Of a stretch of DNA of 64,000 bases, positions 1-15,984 are shown in pieces. The stretch's first letter is position 1; each line of letters opens with the position of its first letter. Made by a program: the position numbers and the translations under genes. The notes beneath the pieces are model-generated. The model did no database searches. It saw nothing but the letters and a program-made list of their open reading frames with translations, and was not told where the DNA came from. The stretch is from the human T2T-CHM13v2.0 reference genome, Homo sapiens: assembly GCF_009914755.1 (NCBI RefSeq), contig NC_060928.1, one strand, 5' to 3'.

Positions 1-509
1 AACTTAAAAGTCGCAGAAAAATGAGGACAGTATTAGTAAAAAAAATTTTTTTCATTAAGAGAAACAAAATTTTAAAATACTATGATGTTATTAAGTAAGT
101 TGTATGAGACAGGGTATGATATCTCAGTGTTCAATATATTTACTTGTTACACCATTCTTACAGATTTTTATAATTTTGTGATGGTTCTGCATTTTACCTT
201 TTTAAAAAAATCTTTAAAAAGCCATCTCATAAAGCATCAGTTGTTTGATTACAAATCAGTCTGTAAAACACAATAACCTGCATTTCAAGACTGTAGAAAA
301 TGATTTTTAAATACCTCAAAACTTCAAAAAGCACTTAGCTAAAGAAAAACAGCTGTTATATGGCTTACATAGAAAAACTGACTTACATGGCTGAGACTTT
401 TAGTTGCCCTTCATTCTATCAAATCTATCTCCTTTCTCTATCTTCTTTAGATGCAATCACTTTGGTCCTTGGCTGGACACCTTTTCCTCCAGCTCAAAGG
501 CTACATCCC

Positions 510-1326
<817 letters not shown>

Positions 1327-4300
1327 CTATCTCCAGTTATGAGCTTTATTGAAACAGATGGCACAACGACTTTCATACTTTCTTTCATGAGTATTTCTGG
1401 CCTGTCATTCAAACAAAAACTGTGGTGGTTCCCACACTAGAATGCTGGGCCTGGAGGGCAGAGAGGCAGTCCGCCCTCTGCCCACCTCACTGACCCCACC
1501 TCACAGTGCTCTCTCCAGCTCTCTCTGCTGCAGTCACGGGCCTTGTGTTTGGATGGAAAATCCCGTTGCCACCTTGGAGAATGGGCACCTGCTACTCCTT
1601 GAGCGTGAAATGCTCTTCTTCATATGACAGGTATTCATTCCTGCATCATGTGAGTTTCAGCTTAACCGTCCCAACTTCAGAAAGACCTTCCTGGAACACC
1701 CATTATAATCCTGTCCCCTATCATATCTGTTCTGTGTTCCTCCCGTCACTTATCACTTTGTCAAATTATCTTTACTTATTCTTCATTTAGTCATTTGTTA
1801 ACTGGTTTAGTACCTGTTTCTCCTTCCCATTCCCTGGCCCCCTCAATTAGGCAATGGGGATCCTGCCCAATTAACTTGGTATTGAGGAACAGTGCCTGGC
1901 ACCAATTAAGTCCTCAACACATATTTATGGAATGAATGAATGCGACAATGAATTGACTCTAGGGCTGAATAGTTAAAGCTGTGCCGTACCAGGAGCAGGC
2001 TTCGTTCAGCTTTCATACGTTGCTCATCACTGTAGCATACGGGTACACCATGGCCTCTCTCTCGTTTATGACATCAATGCCCCACCATTAAACAAAGGGA
2101 TCCTTGAGGACAAGGCCAATTCCATTCATCCTTGCATCCTCCAGTGCCTAACACAGGCCCTGGCACACATTAGACGCTCGATCTACACTTGCCGTATATT
2201 GCAGGCAAAGGTGCTGTGGTTACAAAACACAATGCTGGTTCTCGTAATGGCTCTAAGGAGAGCTCTCACTGTAAAGTGTATGCAGATGTTCAGAGGTCCT
2301 GATTCACGATTACGTTTGTCATACCCATGTCTCCCTTTTCCTCTCAGCATTTCCATATATACTTCTCTTTACAAAATGGGCTTGGAAGTGGCTCTTGGCC
2401 AGCTGCCTTTAGAACAGTGAATGAAGGTCTACCTGTTTCATTTACTGTTGGGGGCATGAGGACTGTGACCAATGGCAGGTTTTACTGGATGGACTCACAG
2501 TCATTGGCTCATTGAAGAACATCTGACAGAATTTTGCATAGTTGTTCCCTCCAGGCTACTTGGCTAAACACAGTAATCTCAGATGAAACTCCATCATATC
2601 ATAACACTGCCCCACCTCAGCAACAAGGGTTGGTCTTAAGACCAATAAATTACCACATGCTACGGAGGTAATTAAAAGCTGATAGATCAATAAAGACTCT
2701 TTTAACCAGGAAATTCCTCATATGAAAAGTAATTTATTATGTTGGATAAAATAGGCAACAGCACAATTTAGGAAAATCATATCACTAATGTAGTTTATTA
2801 ATACCTTTCCTACAGGGCTGACACCAAAGGGTTCAACAAAGATTTTTATTGTTTTTCAGAAAGCCTTTACAAACCTCAATCAAGAGATCTGAAATTCTGT
2901 AAAACACATGCTCGTTCCTTAACTTCAATTTCCTTCAGTAGTTTTATAGATCCCTTAGGCCAGGGAGAGCAGAAACAGATGGTGCTCGGGAGGACTTTAC
3001 AGTGCCTGTCTGCAATGCCACAATAAATTTAAAGGTTTTGCTGATACTAAGCTTCTGTTATTAATCCTGATATGAAACGATCCCTGCTGTAGCTGGTTTT
3101 TTATTTTTTAATCTGGTTTATTAATCATTGGCTAAACTATTTTCTCCTAGAAATTCAAAAAATACTCAGTAACATCATTTAGACGAGTCGGAAAAGCAGG
3201 CCAACATATGTTTATATAACATAGCACTTTTCCCCAGGGCCTACCTTGCCCCATAAATTGTTGTACTGGTGTGAAAAAATACAAGTCAGGTCTGAAAAAA
3301 AGTTCTCCTCTTAAATCACAACCATATTTGTGAGAGGAGAGGAAGACAGCAACTTATTTAAAGCGACAGCCAAGTTCGTCACACTAGTTTCTTTTTCCTT
3401 TCCTAAATGATTTCTTATTGTTGCATTTTCCAATTGTCTACCTTACCCCCACTGCCCCTAACCCCCGATATCGTAATTCCTTTTGAACAGTTAAATATTT
3501 CAATAATTTATGGTTGTGGGACACTTGTTAATCATTATCATTTGAATCATTATCATGGGTAGAGATGTCGAATTACTGTAGTGGAAACAAAGTGCAAAAC
3601 TATAGGTGGGAATGTTTTCCAAATGAGAACACCCTGCCCACCAACTGAGAACAACCAACTCTCGGCTGGGTCTACAGTAACCAAGTCTGCACTAAACTCT
3701 GAGATATTTGAGGAATAGCTTTCTGGTCACTTCAGGCATGCAGAATGAGCGGAAGCAAAAGGGGAAAAGCTATCTGATGCCCTGAAAAGAACTTCTGGGC
3801 AGAGACAAAGGCAGCTAAGGACAGCTGAAGATGGAAATAGTATATGCACATCATGACTGGTCAGTTCATCAACCAGATGGAACTAAGTACTTCGATGGGT
3901 GGCACTGATGCTAGAAGGGCATTAAATTAAAGTTGATAAGTCTGGGAGAAAAGCCACAGGGAAGGGGAAAGAAAAGATGAGAGAAGAAATGGAAAAGGAA
4001 CAGACAGGAGTGTGCACGGTGCATCAGGGGACAGAATCAGGCTGGGTTCACACTGTAGTTCAGATACTCTGGAGCTGTTTGACCTTCAGAAAGTGTGTCT
4101 TCACTTTGTGTCTGTGAAATGTCTAAAAGGATTTACCTTACAGTGTGGCTGTGAACATTAAATGAGTGACTACATGAAAAGTGCCTCTAACAGTGACTGG
4201 CCCTTCATCAATGGGGCCCTATTATAGCTGAGTGGCAACCATTCGTTTTCTGATGATGTAGGATGACTGGGTTTTCTATTTAATAGTTTTTTTAAATTTT

Positions 4301-5749
4301 TTTTAACAAAATGGGTATTATTTATGCTAATATTGCTGTTAAGAAGAGGCAAGAGGCTAGGATATGAAGTGAGATGGAATTTCTCTAAATAGGGTTGAGG
4401 GAGTCAGGTGGGTGTTGAGAAGGGGGAATTATAACTCTGGGCACTTTTTTAAAGAGATGGGAGCACTTTCATATCTGGCTAGCTTATAGAAATTGTTCAG
4501 GGCCCTGGGAAAAGCGGGGAAATGGCAGATGGACTGAATGCAAGGAGGATGGCTACAAGACAAAAAGAGTTAACACCTGAGAGTACGGAACAGCAATGGG
4601 CCCCAAAAAGAAGGTACTGAATTCCTCAGGATGCTAGCAGAAACCAATGGGATTGAAAAGAATGACCTGGGTTAAATTCTCTGGGTCACTGGCTATTTCT
4701 TTGCTTACTACACAGATTTGGAACATGAGTTTAGCGAAAACAAGGAGTATCTGGCATTAAACATAGCGCCTGGAGAACTCAGTAGGTACACAATAAATGT
4801 TGGTTCCCTTCCCTCCCCAACTTAGGGAGCAAGGATTTTCTTTCAACACATTGAGAGAAATGGCTCTGTCTTTGCTGCAAAGATGACCCAAGAATGTAAG
4901 TTGGAAATGACTATAAAGTCCTGATTAATGTGTGAATCTGCATGAAGCTGAATATAGAAGCATGAGACCTGTACCTGTAAGTTGCTGAATTTGTATAATT
5001 TGCACCCCGAGATCCTGTTAACTAGAGCAAAATATCTGTGCCCTTTTAAGATAGTTCTCTGAAGTGGACGCAGTAAAGAGAGGCATACAAGAGAAACTCT
5101 TAGGAATTGGAAGACAAGCTCAGAGGCATAGAATGTAGTGCTGCTTAAGTATCACAGTGGCTGGGAGCTCATCTGCCTGGCCTGGGAAGGATTAGTTAAA
5201 TGAGACCAGCATCCTGTTCTGCTGCTGAAAATCTTCATGTGTTGGAAATCACAAGATGTTGGAAAGATGTACTTATGTGAGCTGAAAGCTGCTTCTCTAT
5301 AACCTCTATTTCACTGTTTCTCATTTGTTTGTCTAAAACACGGAAGCAAGCAAAAAATGTTATTTGCCAATCACTTAACACTCATTTATGGGGCACTAGG
5401 GGCCCCGCACCATTAGGTCTGAGTGAATGAGGAAAGAAATGAAGATACAGTCATCGCTCGAGAAGCAGTTTAAGCATTCTGAAATGGTTACTGTGGCACT
5501 GATGTGGAAGAAGGACTGAGGAAGAACAAGACCGCTGCAATGTCTATAGAGAGGAAATGGCAGAGAGAAGAACATGGAGGAGGTAGTGCTGCCAGTAAAA
5601 CAGAATACAGAGATTTCCTTTCCTTTACAAATCCCTGAAATACCTGCGAGGACTGAGGGTCCCTTTAGACTTCTAATTTCCAGATCAAATACCATGCATT
5701 CCTCTTAGCAACTATTATCAGAGAAGGAGCACAGGGCAACGTTTAAGGT

Positions 5750-6490
5750 AGCAGACCTGGGGATCAGACATCGAAGTTGAAACCTTATCTCTGCCACTAT
5801 GAGTCAGATAGTGATGTCAGATAAGGTTCCTAACTTCTCTGTGCCTCAGTTTCCACATCTGTAAAGTGGTGATCATGGCAACCCATTTGGTGTGAGGATC
5901 ATGTGAGTTACCGACAAGCACTCTCTCCTGATGTTCATGGCAAACACAACGGAGTCTGCCCTGACTTCTCCTCTGTCTCCTCACATCCAACCTGTCCATC
6001 AATCCTATTGGCTCTGCCCTCAAACTGTATTCAGAATCCAACCACTTCTTACCACTGCTGCCCTCCGGGCCCCACACACCATGATCTCTCACCTGTTTTA
6101 CTGGAATAGCCTCCTAAGCGGCTTGCAATACAACAGTCAGAGTCCTACAGCGAAAATATAAATCAGGTCATGACACTTCCCTCTCAAGCTCCTCCAGTTT
6201 TTTTTTTTTTTTTTTTAATCTGACTATGAGTAAATGCCACAAGGCTTTATGGGAAACACAACTGAAAATATGGCTCTTGGTTCCCCTTACCTGCTGTACT
6301 TTTCTCTAGGCACTTAAACATTTCCATATTTCATTACTCATTGTATTTATGGTCTGCCCCCTTGCACTAGAAAAGTGAGCTATGGGAGGGCATGGGTTTC
6401 TGTCTGTTTCATTCAGGACTGAATCCACAGTGCCTAGAATAGCGTCAGACACACAGAAGAATCTCAATAGCTGTTGGATTGATTGATTGA
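5750..6490. repeat. MIR plus L2 fragments
   Basis: MIR core taacttctctgtgcctcagtttccacatctgtaaa; L2 cagaatccaaccacttcttaccac and 3' end gtgcctagaatagcg...tgttggattgattga. Confidence 0.7.
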
Positions 6491-9428
6491 AAAAAAATAT
6501 ATATATAGTCCTTACAGAACTACCTGGGATAAAGTAAGTGTTCAATATTCATGAGGTATTATTGGTGTTATTCTTCCCAGATCTTGGTTGCCTTTTTATA
6601 GAGCTCCTCTATTCAGTCAACGTCCCTTTAGAACCACACAGTGTCTCACTCTCCAAAATACCTCCTGAACCAGCACAGAGCAGAACAGGGCTGCTATTCT
6701 CTGTCTGCTCCACCTCTACAAGGTACCATCCTGGAGACCCTTATTAAGCTTTTGGGCAACCAAAACACACTTACGTACATAATTAGTTAATTATTTAGTG
6801 TGGAAGGAATTGCTGCCAAATCAACACAGGAAAGGACTGGGATCCTGGGGATATGGTCTTTGGATTAGATACTTATGACCCTGTTAGTGGTGGTGACAGA
6901 AATTACCTACACCCTGCATCAGGAATCCTGCAGAACGGCCTCAAGTTCTGGGGGCTGCTCTGGGCCGTGTTTCATTACGTGGATATCATAAACATGTCAA
7001 GGCAGCAGATGCTAACATTTAACTTATGCTGGCATTACTTACAATATATTACTATATGCAATAGATAATATATGTAATGTACAATATATTACAATAATAT
7101 ATTGCTATGAAAGTTAACAGTTGAATAAGCTTTAAGACAGTTGGCCAATTATGTATATGCCTACAGATATAAATATTGGCACATACATGAATCTTTCACA
7201 TTTATATATGTATGTATATATATGTATATATTTGGCTATATTCTTGATTGAGATAAGAATTTTAAGATTAGAAAAATATAGACCTAAGAGTAGTCACTTC
7301 TTGTTGAAATTAACTGAGTTGTAATGTAACATAACTAGTGACCCTATATCTATAATAAAAATGTTAGAAATTGAATACAGCTACAACATTTTTTGGGACT
7401 TATTAGCCTAATGCCCAAGAAACAGTAAATGGAGATGATTTACCTCGGAGAATCTGAGTGGCATTCTCACTATATCCTTATATTGGCATTATTGTGAGGC
7501 TCATTTACACGCACACACACCCACATCCCACCACACCCACATCCATACCCACACCAAAATGCTTTGGGAGCACTAAAGTGCTACATAAACTTAAAGTATT
7601 CTTCTTTTGTTTGAATAAACAGACATTTTGGACGTGCTAGTCAAGCCTACCCTACAGCTGAATTAATCCATTTTCATATTTTCAGTGGAGCACCAGCTAT
7701 TTAAACACTATATTCAGAGTAGCAGTAGTAATAAAACAACAAGAAAAGAACCTCTGTTAGCATTCCCACTGTATCTGAAGTGAACAGAAATGTGATGGAG
7801 TACTGACATTCATTTCACTTTGAATTAAACACAGCATCACCATGAGTCTCAAGAGACGATATTAAGTTTTGTGTTTGGGTAATACTGGGAATTCTACAGG
7901 CAAGGGTAGAATTATATTTGGTGGGCAAAAAGCCAGTCAAACTTCACACTTGTCCTAGAAGTAGGTGGTCAAAACCTCAGTTCTTGTCATCAAACCTATT
8001 GGCCACACTTGCTTAAACCATCTGGGTCTCAAATCTTTTGTGTTATTCATTTTGAAAATAAAATAAACATTAAGAAATGAGATAAAGGAAGGCAAAGACT
8101 TATGTCTAATGAAAAAGATATCAAGTTAAAATCGACCTAAGGGAAAGGCAGGTCCAATGAGACAGAGCACATCAGATAAAAACAAAGAATAGAATTAAAT
8201 TTTCCAAATGTCATAATCAGATACATACACATGCACATACTTTTTTTCCTTCAGTTGTATTCCTTTATTTCAGGAAAAGGACTCAGAAACCAAGGTAAAG
8301 AGGAGACCCACTCACGGCATTCTCCCTGTTCTGCTTAGAATACATGCTGTTAAAATTTCTAGTTTTCACAATATATGTTTCAAAAGAAGCCTTCACTTTT
8401 TGTAGAAGGAAGTATATACTCCTTGATATGTCTGGTTTTGCTGCAATAGTATATAATGCCTCTCTCTAATAAATTTAACCACAAATTTTTAAAAATGTGT
8501 CTGCATTCTGCTAATTTATAAAAAGCAGGATGCTGTCAGATAAAATTTCATGAAAATGATCTATAAACCAGACTGTCAAAAGTGAAAGGTACTCAGGCAG
8601 TACTTAGGGGCAACAAATACATGAAAACCACTGGAAAGGGTTCCTGGGACTGCGGTAAAACAATGTACTGTCACGGAGCTCACATTACCTTGATTTGCAA
8701 GTTACTGTGAGGTCACAGGAAATCCCAAAATGTTTTCCACATTTACTTTTATACATTTTATGTCAAATTTCCTGCAATTGAAATCATAAACCCTCCTACT
8801 GCTGGAATCTCTTCAGAAGGAAAGGAGATCTTTTGACACTCCCCCATGAACACCTAATAACTCAATTCCTACCCGTGTAACAAGAAACTGAAAGACAGAA
8901 TTGAAAATGGACTATGATAAGGCTGAAATGTCAGATGCCCTAATTCTTTCAAAATGAAAACCAAACTGATGTCATTAGGACAACTCAAAAAGTGCATTTA
9001 ATCTAGTGACAGCAGATTTTTCTCTGGAATAAGAGATAACAGAAGAAATGATAGACTGTCCCCAGACAGAAACTCACCATTTCCCCAAATCTTTAATCAA
9101 AATGTATTTGTGGCTTTATGGTGTAATTTTAAAATGGCATCTTCTATATGGATATTCTTAACGAGATTCAAGCTCCCGACAACCATATTTTATTGTCTTG
9201 GTTATGTTTATGAAAAGGTAAGTCAGATTTAAGTAAAATGTTCAAGTTTAAAATATTCTCTCAAGATTAATCACTCGAAACTGTGGAATTTAAAAACAGC
9301 TTTTAAATGGTCAAATCCTATTTTAATATAAATCAACAAGATGGAAAATTATGCTAAACGATTAAGGTTTGCTAAAAAATACCAGTTTTTAAGGTTTTGT
9401 TGGATTGTGAGTTATTAGCGCACATTAC

Positions 9429-9536
9429 CTCTCCTGACATATCAGGGGCCATCGGAATGGCAGGCCACAGAGATGAGTAGATTCCAAAAAACACCACCCA
9501 GAGTGCGATGCTCCCCCATATCGCTATGTGGCTGAA
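9429..9536 (-). CDS. ATP8A1: ATP8A1 coding exon (108 nt), [36 protein letters not shown]
   Basis: ctacag|TTC and GAG|gtaatg; the next exon (AAMLFSS...) was not found, so the gene continues past the window start. Confidence 0.96.
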
Positions 9537-10441
9537 CTGTAGAGCAAGGAAATCTGAGTCAAAAAAGTTTTATGTAGACCGAGTACACAAATACTAATGA
9601 AACTCTCTCAAATTCCCTTATTAACTTTTTATTATATCCATAAAAATATTATCTATAGGAGTTTCTACCTAATTGTGTGTGTTTTTTAATTGGATCTTTA
9701 AGTGCTAATCTCTTCTACAACAGTTGCAATGTTTGTGGTACTGGAATTTCGAACTGTTCCTCCTCTAGCTTTTTTGGTAGTTTTCTCCTCTTACGCTTAC
9801 CTTTTTTACCCCTGAACATTTGGAAGCCTGCCTTACTCTTGGTCTGCATGCTCTCACCGAAACATGTCAGACCCTTGTGAGAATATTATATGTAAGCTGA
9901 TGGCTGTTAAATCCAAACGCCTTGTGGCAATCTTTCCCAGCGACATGAAACTTTAATGTCTTTTTGTTTCCGGGGTCTCTACTGGACGGGGGTACACCGC
10001 AAAACTAACGTATCTAAAATGGAACAAGACTGGGTATTTGTCAATGTCTGAGGACAAATCTTTAATATTTTCAGTCTTCAGAATCACTTTCCAATGGGTT
10101 TGCTGCAGAACACCAGTCCAGTGACACCTCTAAGAAAAGACTTGTAATCCGTAAGTTTAAAGTCTCACCACTTCCTGGGATACTCATAATATATGACAAT
10201 ACTTTAAAGGCTCTGAGAAGTCTTGTGGTAATGCACTTGTTTAAGTTTGTTTAACTCAGTATTTCCCAACTAAAACCTCCAGTTCTCCTTCCCCTACCCC
10301 TGACACCCCACAATTGAAAACCTGTGGACTAGGACATATTAACCTGGGACATATCAAGTTAGAGTGAAGACCACCACCAAGACTGGAGATAATGCACAAG
10401 TAAATGTGACATTTCTTGGTTGTGGTTAGATATTTTCTTAC

Positions 10442-10498
10442 CCATGTCCAATATGATGTCTCCAATCCAGCTTTCAAACACACAGTTATCACCACAAA
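10442..10498 (-). CDS. ATP8A1: ATP8A1 coding exon (57 nt), FVVITVCLKAGLETSYWTW
   Basis: ttttag|TTT and TGG|gtaag. Confidence 0.96.
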
Positions 10499-11661
10499 CT
10501 AAAACAGAAGGGGAAAATGTTATTTTACCTCATAAACATGAAAGTTCATCAAATGACTGAAGGATTTATAAAGAACAGAGATCTCTGAATGTAACTATGG
10601 GACTAGGAGACTGCTGCTTGCTTTGTATATCCAACCAGCAAAGAGACAGGTAAATTAGCTGGGCAGCCGACGGGACTGTGATAGGTCAGAGGTGCCCAGG
10701 GCAGCACTGCACTTCCGGCTTCCTTGCCTCTCCCTCACCTGCACAGCCTGACCCTCCATCCACGAGTTCCTCTGTATGTGTTTTCTGCTTTTTGTACAAT
10801 TCATGAACAGCAACAGCACATGCCTGGGTTAATTTGAGTTTTCAAGCTTACTTTACCTTTATTTTAAATCTCCTTTCATATTAAAAGTCCAACTTTCTGA
10901 ATTTTAAAGACAAATTTTAATGAATAAAATAACCAGACATTTAGAAATCTAAATGCTTACTCTGGAACTTTACTTAAAACCTTGCTGAGTAGGACATGAG
11001 ACATTTCTCCATGATATATGCACCCATCGCTGGGGCTTACGCTAGTCATTCTGAAAAAGGAAACTGGGGTTGGATTAATTGCTCTGTGTTTTCCACAGTG
11101 TAACATAATTATGAAGTGTACTTGCCATGGAGTCAGACTACCTGTGCCCAAGACGTTATCACTTAGCTATTGTGGTTAATGAACAAAGCAAGTTACTTCA
11201 CGTCTCTGTGTCTCGACTCCTATACTTGTAAACTGGGACTGATAAAGCTTACCAATCTTACAGAGATTTTTTTTTTCTTTTCTTGAGAGTAAAACTCTAA
11301 AATACTCAGAACAGTGATTAACATGGAATATTATTTATTTATAATAATACAATCTTAAATATTGTTAGTCGTCAAGGAAACCCTAGGCACCTTTGATAGT
11401 TGTGGTGATGGAAGTGATGTTTGCTAGCACTTGATCAATAAATGCTTGAAGTGCCCAGTTCTACTTTAAGGCACATTAAGGGTTTGCACACAGCATGTGA
11501 TAAGACACTTCCCAGTGGGGTTGTAAAGTCAGGTTACAGTAAGAACAGTTGAGCTTTCTCAGCAGGATAGCTAATGGCAATTTAGGTTATTTGTTAAAAT
11601 AAAACTTACTAAATGCAAAAATTAATTTATGTGATCCAAACATTCTAAAAGAAGAGATATA

Positions 11662-11943
11662 GGCCAGGTGTGGTGGCTCATGCCTTTAATCCCAGCACTT
11701 TGGGAGGCTGAGGTGGGTGGATCACCTGAGGTCAGGGGTTTGAGACCAGCCTGGCCAACATGGTGAAACCTTGTCTCTACTAAAAATACAAAAATTAGCT
11801 GGGCGTGATGGCACACGCCTGTAATTCCAGCTACTCAGGAGGCTGAGGCAGGAGAATCACATGAACCCATGAGGCAGAGGCTGCAGTGAGCCAAGGTCAT
11901 GCCACTGCACTCCAGCCTGGGCGACAAGAGTGAAACGCCCTCT

Positions 11944-11991
<48 letters not shown>
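11662..11991 (+). repeat. AluS with a pure A47 tail
   Basis: Full dimer; TSD aagagatata(g). Confidence 0.95.
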
Positions 11992-11994
<3 letters not shown>

Positions 11995-12469
11995 ATATAG
12001 TTTGAAATAAATTAAAGAAAAATACTCTCCTGAGACCTGGATACTGTAAAGTGTCCCCAGGAGACATCCATGACATACGCTCTGATCTATTTCTACCCAC
12101 TGCTCTGCTTTCGCATTCATGTCATATGAGAAGGAGCCACCAGCCTCTGCAAACATACTTTTGCTTGTCTTTTACTACTTCGGTGGGTTGATGCCAAGAG
12201 AAAGGAGACCCCCCAGATTTGGCAAAACCTCATTCCTTCTGCTACTTAACGGCACTGATTTCCTATCATTCAGTTATTTTATTTCATTATTTGATAAAAA
12301 TGAAATAAGACCCCATTATAAGCCCTGGGTCTTACTTAATTTTTAAAGGGAACCGTAAACAACCCTTAAATCCAGAAACACTCATATCACGTTTAAATTT
12401 AAAAATAAAATGAGGACAGATGAAAGGTTTTGATTTTACACGCAAACGAGACCGACATCCCGCACTCAC

Positions 12470-12531
12470 AGTGTACACAAAGTTTCCCAGTAGCAGATAA
12501 TCCGAGGTTTTCCCATTTCCAAATGCAGTAC
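12470..12531 (-). CDS. ATP8A1: ATP8A1 coding exon (62 nt), (G)TAFGNGKTSDYLLLGNFVYT
   Basis: gtacag|GT and ACT|gtgagt; frame continuous with both neighbours. Confidence 0.96.
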
Positions 12532-13069
12532 CTGTACGAAAAGGAGAGGCCTATTAGAAAGGAAAATGAGATTCTTTCAGAATCTTTTCAAAGATATTCA
12601 GAAAGTTTGAACGAAGGAAGGGAAATCAAGGGATACACAATGGAGCCAGAAATGAGATTAAAAAAAAAAACAACCCCAAACACTCTTGAGTGCTAACAAA
12701 GCTGCTGTAAAGATAGGCCACAAAAGACAACATTGAAGAAGGAAATCTGACTTGTTAACGAATTTTCAGAGCCCACAAGATTAAAAAAAAAAAATCCAAC
12801 AAATTGTTCAAACAAAGCAGGAAAGGGCATTCTGGATCGTAATAAAGAACTCTGTTAACAATATGGATGAGAGTCATAGGGAATCTTCTCGCTATCTCTC
12901 AATAAAGTTGTTGGCATTGGGCCAAAAGGGATTCATAAAAGCAACTCACAGAGGGCCAAGGAACACCAGTATGGTTTCAGGCATGTGGTTCTTTGAGGAT
13001 CTGGCTGAGTATAGGGGCATATTTTAAAGTATTTTGTTATTTTAGCAATGACTAACAAACGTGGCTTTA

Positions 13070-13369
13070 TTTCTATTTATTTATTTTTTTTAGACGGTCT
13101 TACTTTGTCATCCAGGTTGGAGTGCAGTGGCGTGATCTCGGCTCACTGCAACCTCCGCTCCCGGGTTCTAGTAATTATCGTGCCTCAGCCTCCGGAGTAG
13201 CTGGGATTATAGGTGTGCGCCCCCATGCCCAGCTAATTTTGTTATTTTTAGTAGAGACGGGGTTTCACCATGTTGACCAGGCTGGTCTCGAACTCCTGGC
13301 CTCAAGTGATCTGCTGGCTTTGGCCTCCCAAAGCGCTGGGATTACAAGAGTGAGCCACTGCACCTGGCC
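13070..13369 (-). repeat. Alu (S/J)
   Basis: Reverse dimer; flanking repeat aaa(c/t)gtggcttta. Confidence 0.93.
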
Positions 13370-14277
13370 GCCTTCAAATGTGGCTTTAGACGAAGGAAGT
13401 GGTAGCTGATGCACAAAAATTTCTAGTACTGATAAAATCAAGTGAAAATAAGCAAGAGCTGAATAATTAAATCATTGATACCATTGAAAAATTAAAAATC
13501 CACGGTATATATAATACAGTGATGCATGCACATATTCAACGTTTATTCAGAGTCAAATATGTAAGGGCAAACTGTATTAGAATAAAGTATGGGATGAAAC
13601 ACAGAGAGTGGTACTGGTGAGCTTTGGAGACACTGAAGTTTAGTTCTATTACTATTAACAGTTGTGTCATTTTGGGTTATTTATAATCAATCCCTATGGA
13701 ACTCTGTTTAGCTAAAAGGAGTGAAGCTATTTAACCTGAGGGGGTTTTGAAGTGACAATGAAGTTCTGTATGTAAATCACCAAGCAGTATCAGGGCAAGG
13801 CATGTTCAGCATTTGAATAATTTGGGTAAATCACTCATTCTCATACTTCCTGGTCTATGGATCTCTTTACACTAAAAAATTATTGAGGGTCTCAAAAAGT
13901 TTTTATGTGGTTTATGTCTATCAATATTTACCAAATTAGAAATTAAAACAGAAAATTTAAAATTATGTATTGATTATCATAAATATAAAACCTAACACAT
14001 GGTAATATAAATGACAGGTTTTCTGAAAAGTATTTTCCAAAGCAAACAAAAAAATAAGTGAGAAAAATGGTATTGTTTGGGTTTTCACAATCTCTTATTT
14101 CTGGCTTAATAGAAAGCAGCTGGATTCTCACGTTTTGGTTGAAATATAAAAGGAAATCCAGCTGCACAGTGATATGGAGTTACAAAGAAGAAGACTATTT
14201 TAATAATCTTTTCCAATAATTGTGGATAGTCTTTGATACTACATCAAAACTCAACAAGTAGCCTCCCTCCCTCCTTC

Positions 14278-14595
14278 TCTTTCTTTTCTTTTTTTTTTTT
14301 TTTTTTTTTTTTTGAGATGGAGTCTCACTCTGTTGTCCAGGCTGGAGTGCAGTGATGTGACCTCAGCTCACCGCAACCTCCACCTCCTGGGTTCAAGCAA
14401 TTCTCCTGCTTCAGCCTCTTGAGTAGTTGGGGTTACAGGCACACGTCACCATGCCCAGCTAATTTTTGTATTTTTGGTAGAGACGGGGTTTCACCAGGTT
14501 GGCCAGGCTGGTCTCGAACTCCTGACCTCAAGTGGTCCACCCACCTTGGGCTCCCGAAGTGCTGGGATTACAGGTGTGAGCTACTAAGCCTGGCC
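14278..14595 (-). repeat. AluS
   Basis: Reverse dimer; TSD aacaagtag. Confidence 0.93.
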
Positions 14596-14634
14596 AACAA
14601 GTAGTTTCTCAAAGTGGTAGAGGTAGTTTCTTAA

Positions 14635-15032
<398 letters not shown>

Positions 15033-15984
15033 TACTTTGCACTTTGAATGGATCTTTTACCCATGCATGATTCTGCAGTCTCTGGTTCAATCCAGAAGGC
15101 ACCATTCCTTGAGACAATCACTGCACTTTGGTATGCAGAACTGCTTTATATGTATGTTAATACTTCCCATTTTGTCAAATACAAAATATTATTAAGATGG
15201 TTCAAGTTTTAATAAAAGCATTAGTTTTATGGTGTCTTCATGCACATTCTTAAATGAAACCTAGTGCATGACGGTGAAGAATATAATGACTACTAGCACA
15301 GTGGTACCACTGTTTGTGGATGGCAAAAGGGTCTTGGGTATTCCCAGGGTCTACAGACTACTCTTTCAGAACTGCTGAGGCAAAGGAATAGATGAATATG
15401 TAGCTATATATTACACAGCATGTGTAAAGTTCTTCAGTATCCCCATCCTTTCAGAAATCAAAAAACAAAAGAACCCTCCCCACTAAAACATTCCTTATTT
15501 AAAAATGAAAACAAGGCGAAACAACAACTACAAATCCCTCAACATCAAAACCATAAAGTAGTTTATGCTAAACGTCAATTCACCCCTTAAAAAAAGAAAG
15601 CAAATGTTCCCTAGTCTTGGCTAGTTTTGGTCTCTATAAGCAGCACTCCCGTGAACTGCCTTGACTGAAGCTGGAGAGCTGCGCAGCTTTCCAGAGAGAC
15701 GTAATGATGGATCTAGGAACTGCTTCTCTGGAAGATGAAGTCACTTGGGAATTCCTTTCAAACCCTGTCATTGCTAAGGTGTTTTGGATGCTATCTGGTT
15801 TAAGTGACTTTTGATATTCAATTTCTTTTTTTCTAATTTAGAAGGTTGAAATAGCAGTTTAGAAGACGGGCATACCTTATCTTTCAAACCTATATCAATT
15901 TTGCATTTTGAAAATAAATTTTACTTGGAGAGCTTGTCTGAGGTCAGGGTATCTTGAATTGTACCCTGGACCTCCATATCCTGT

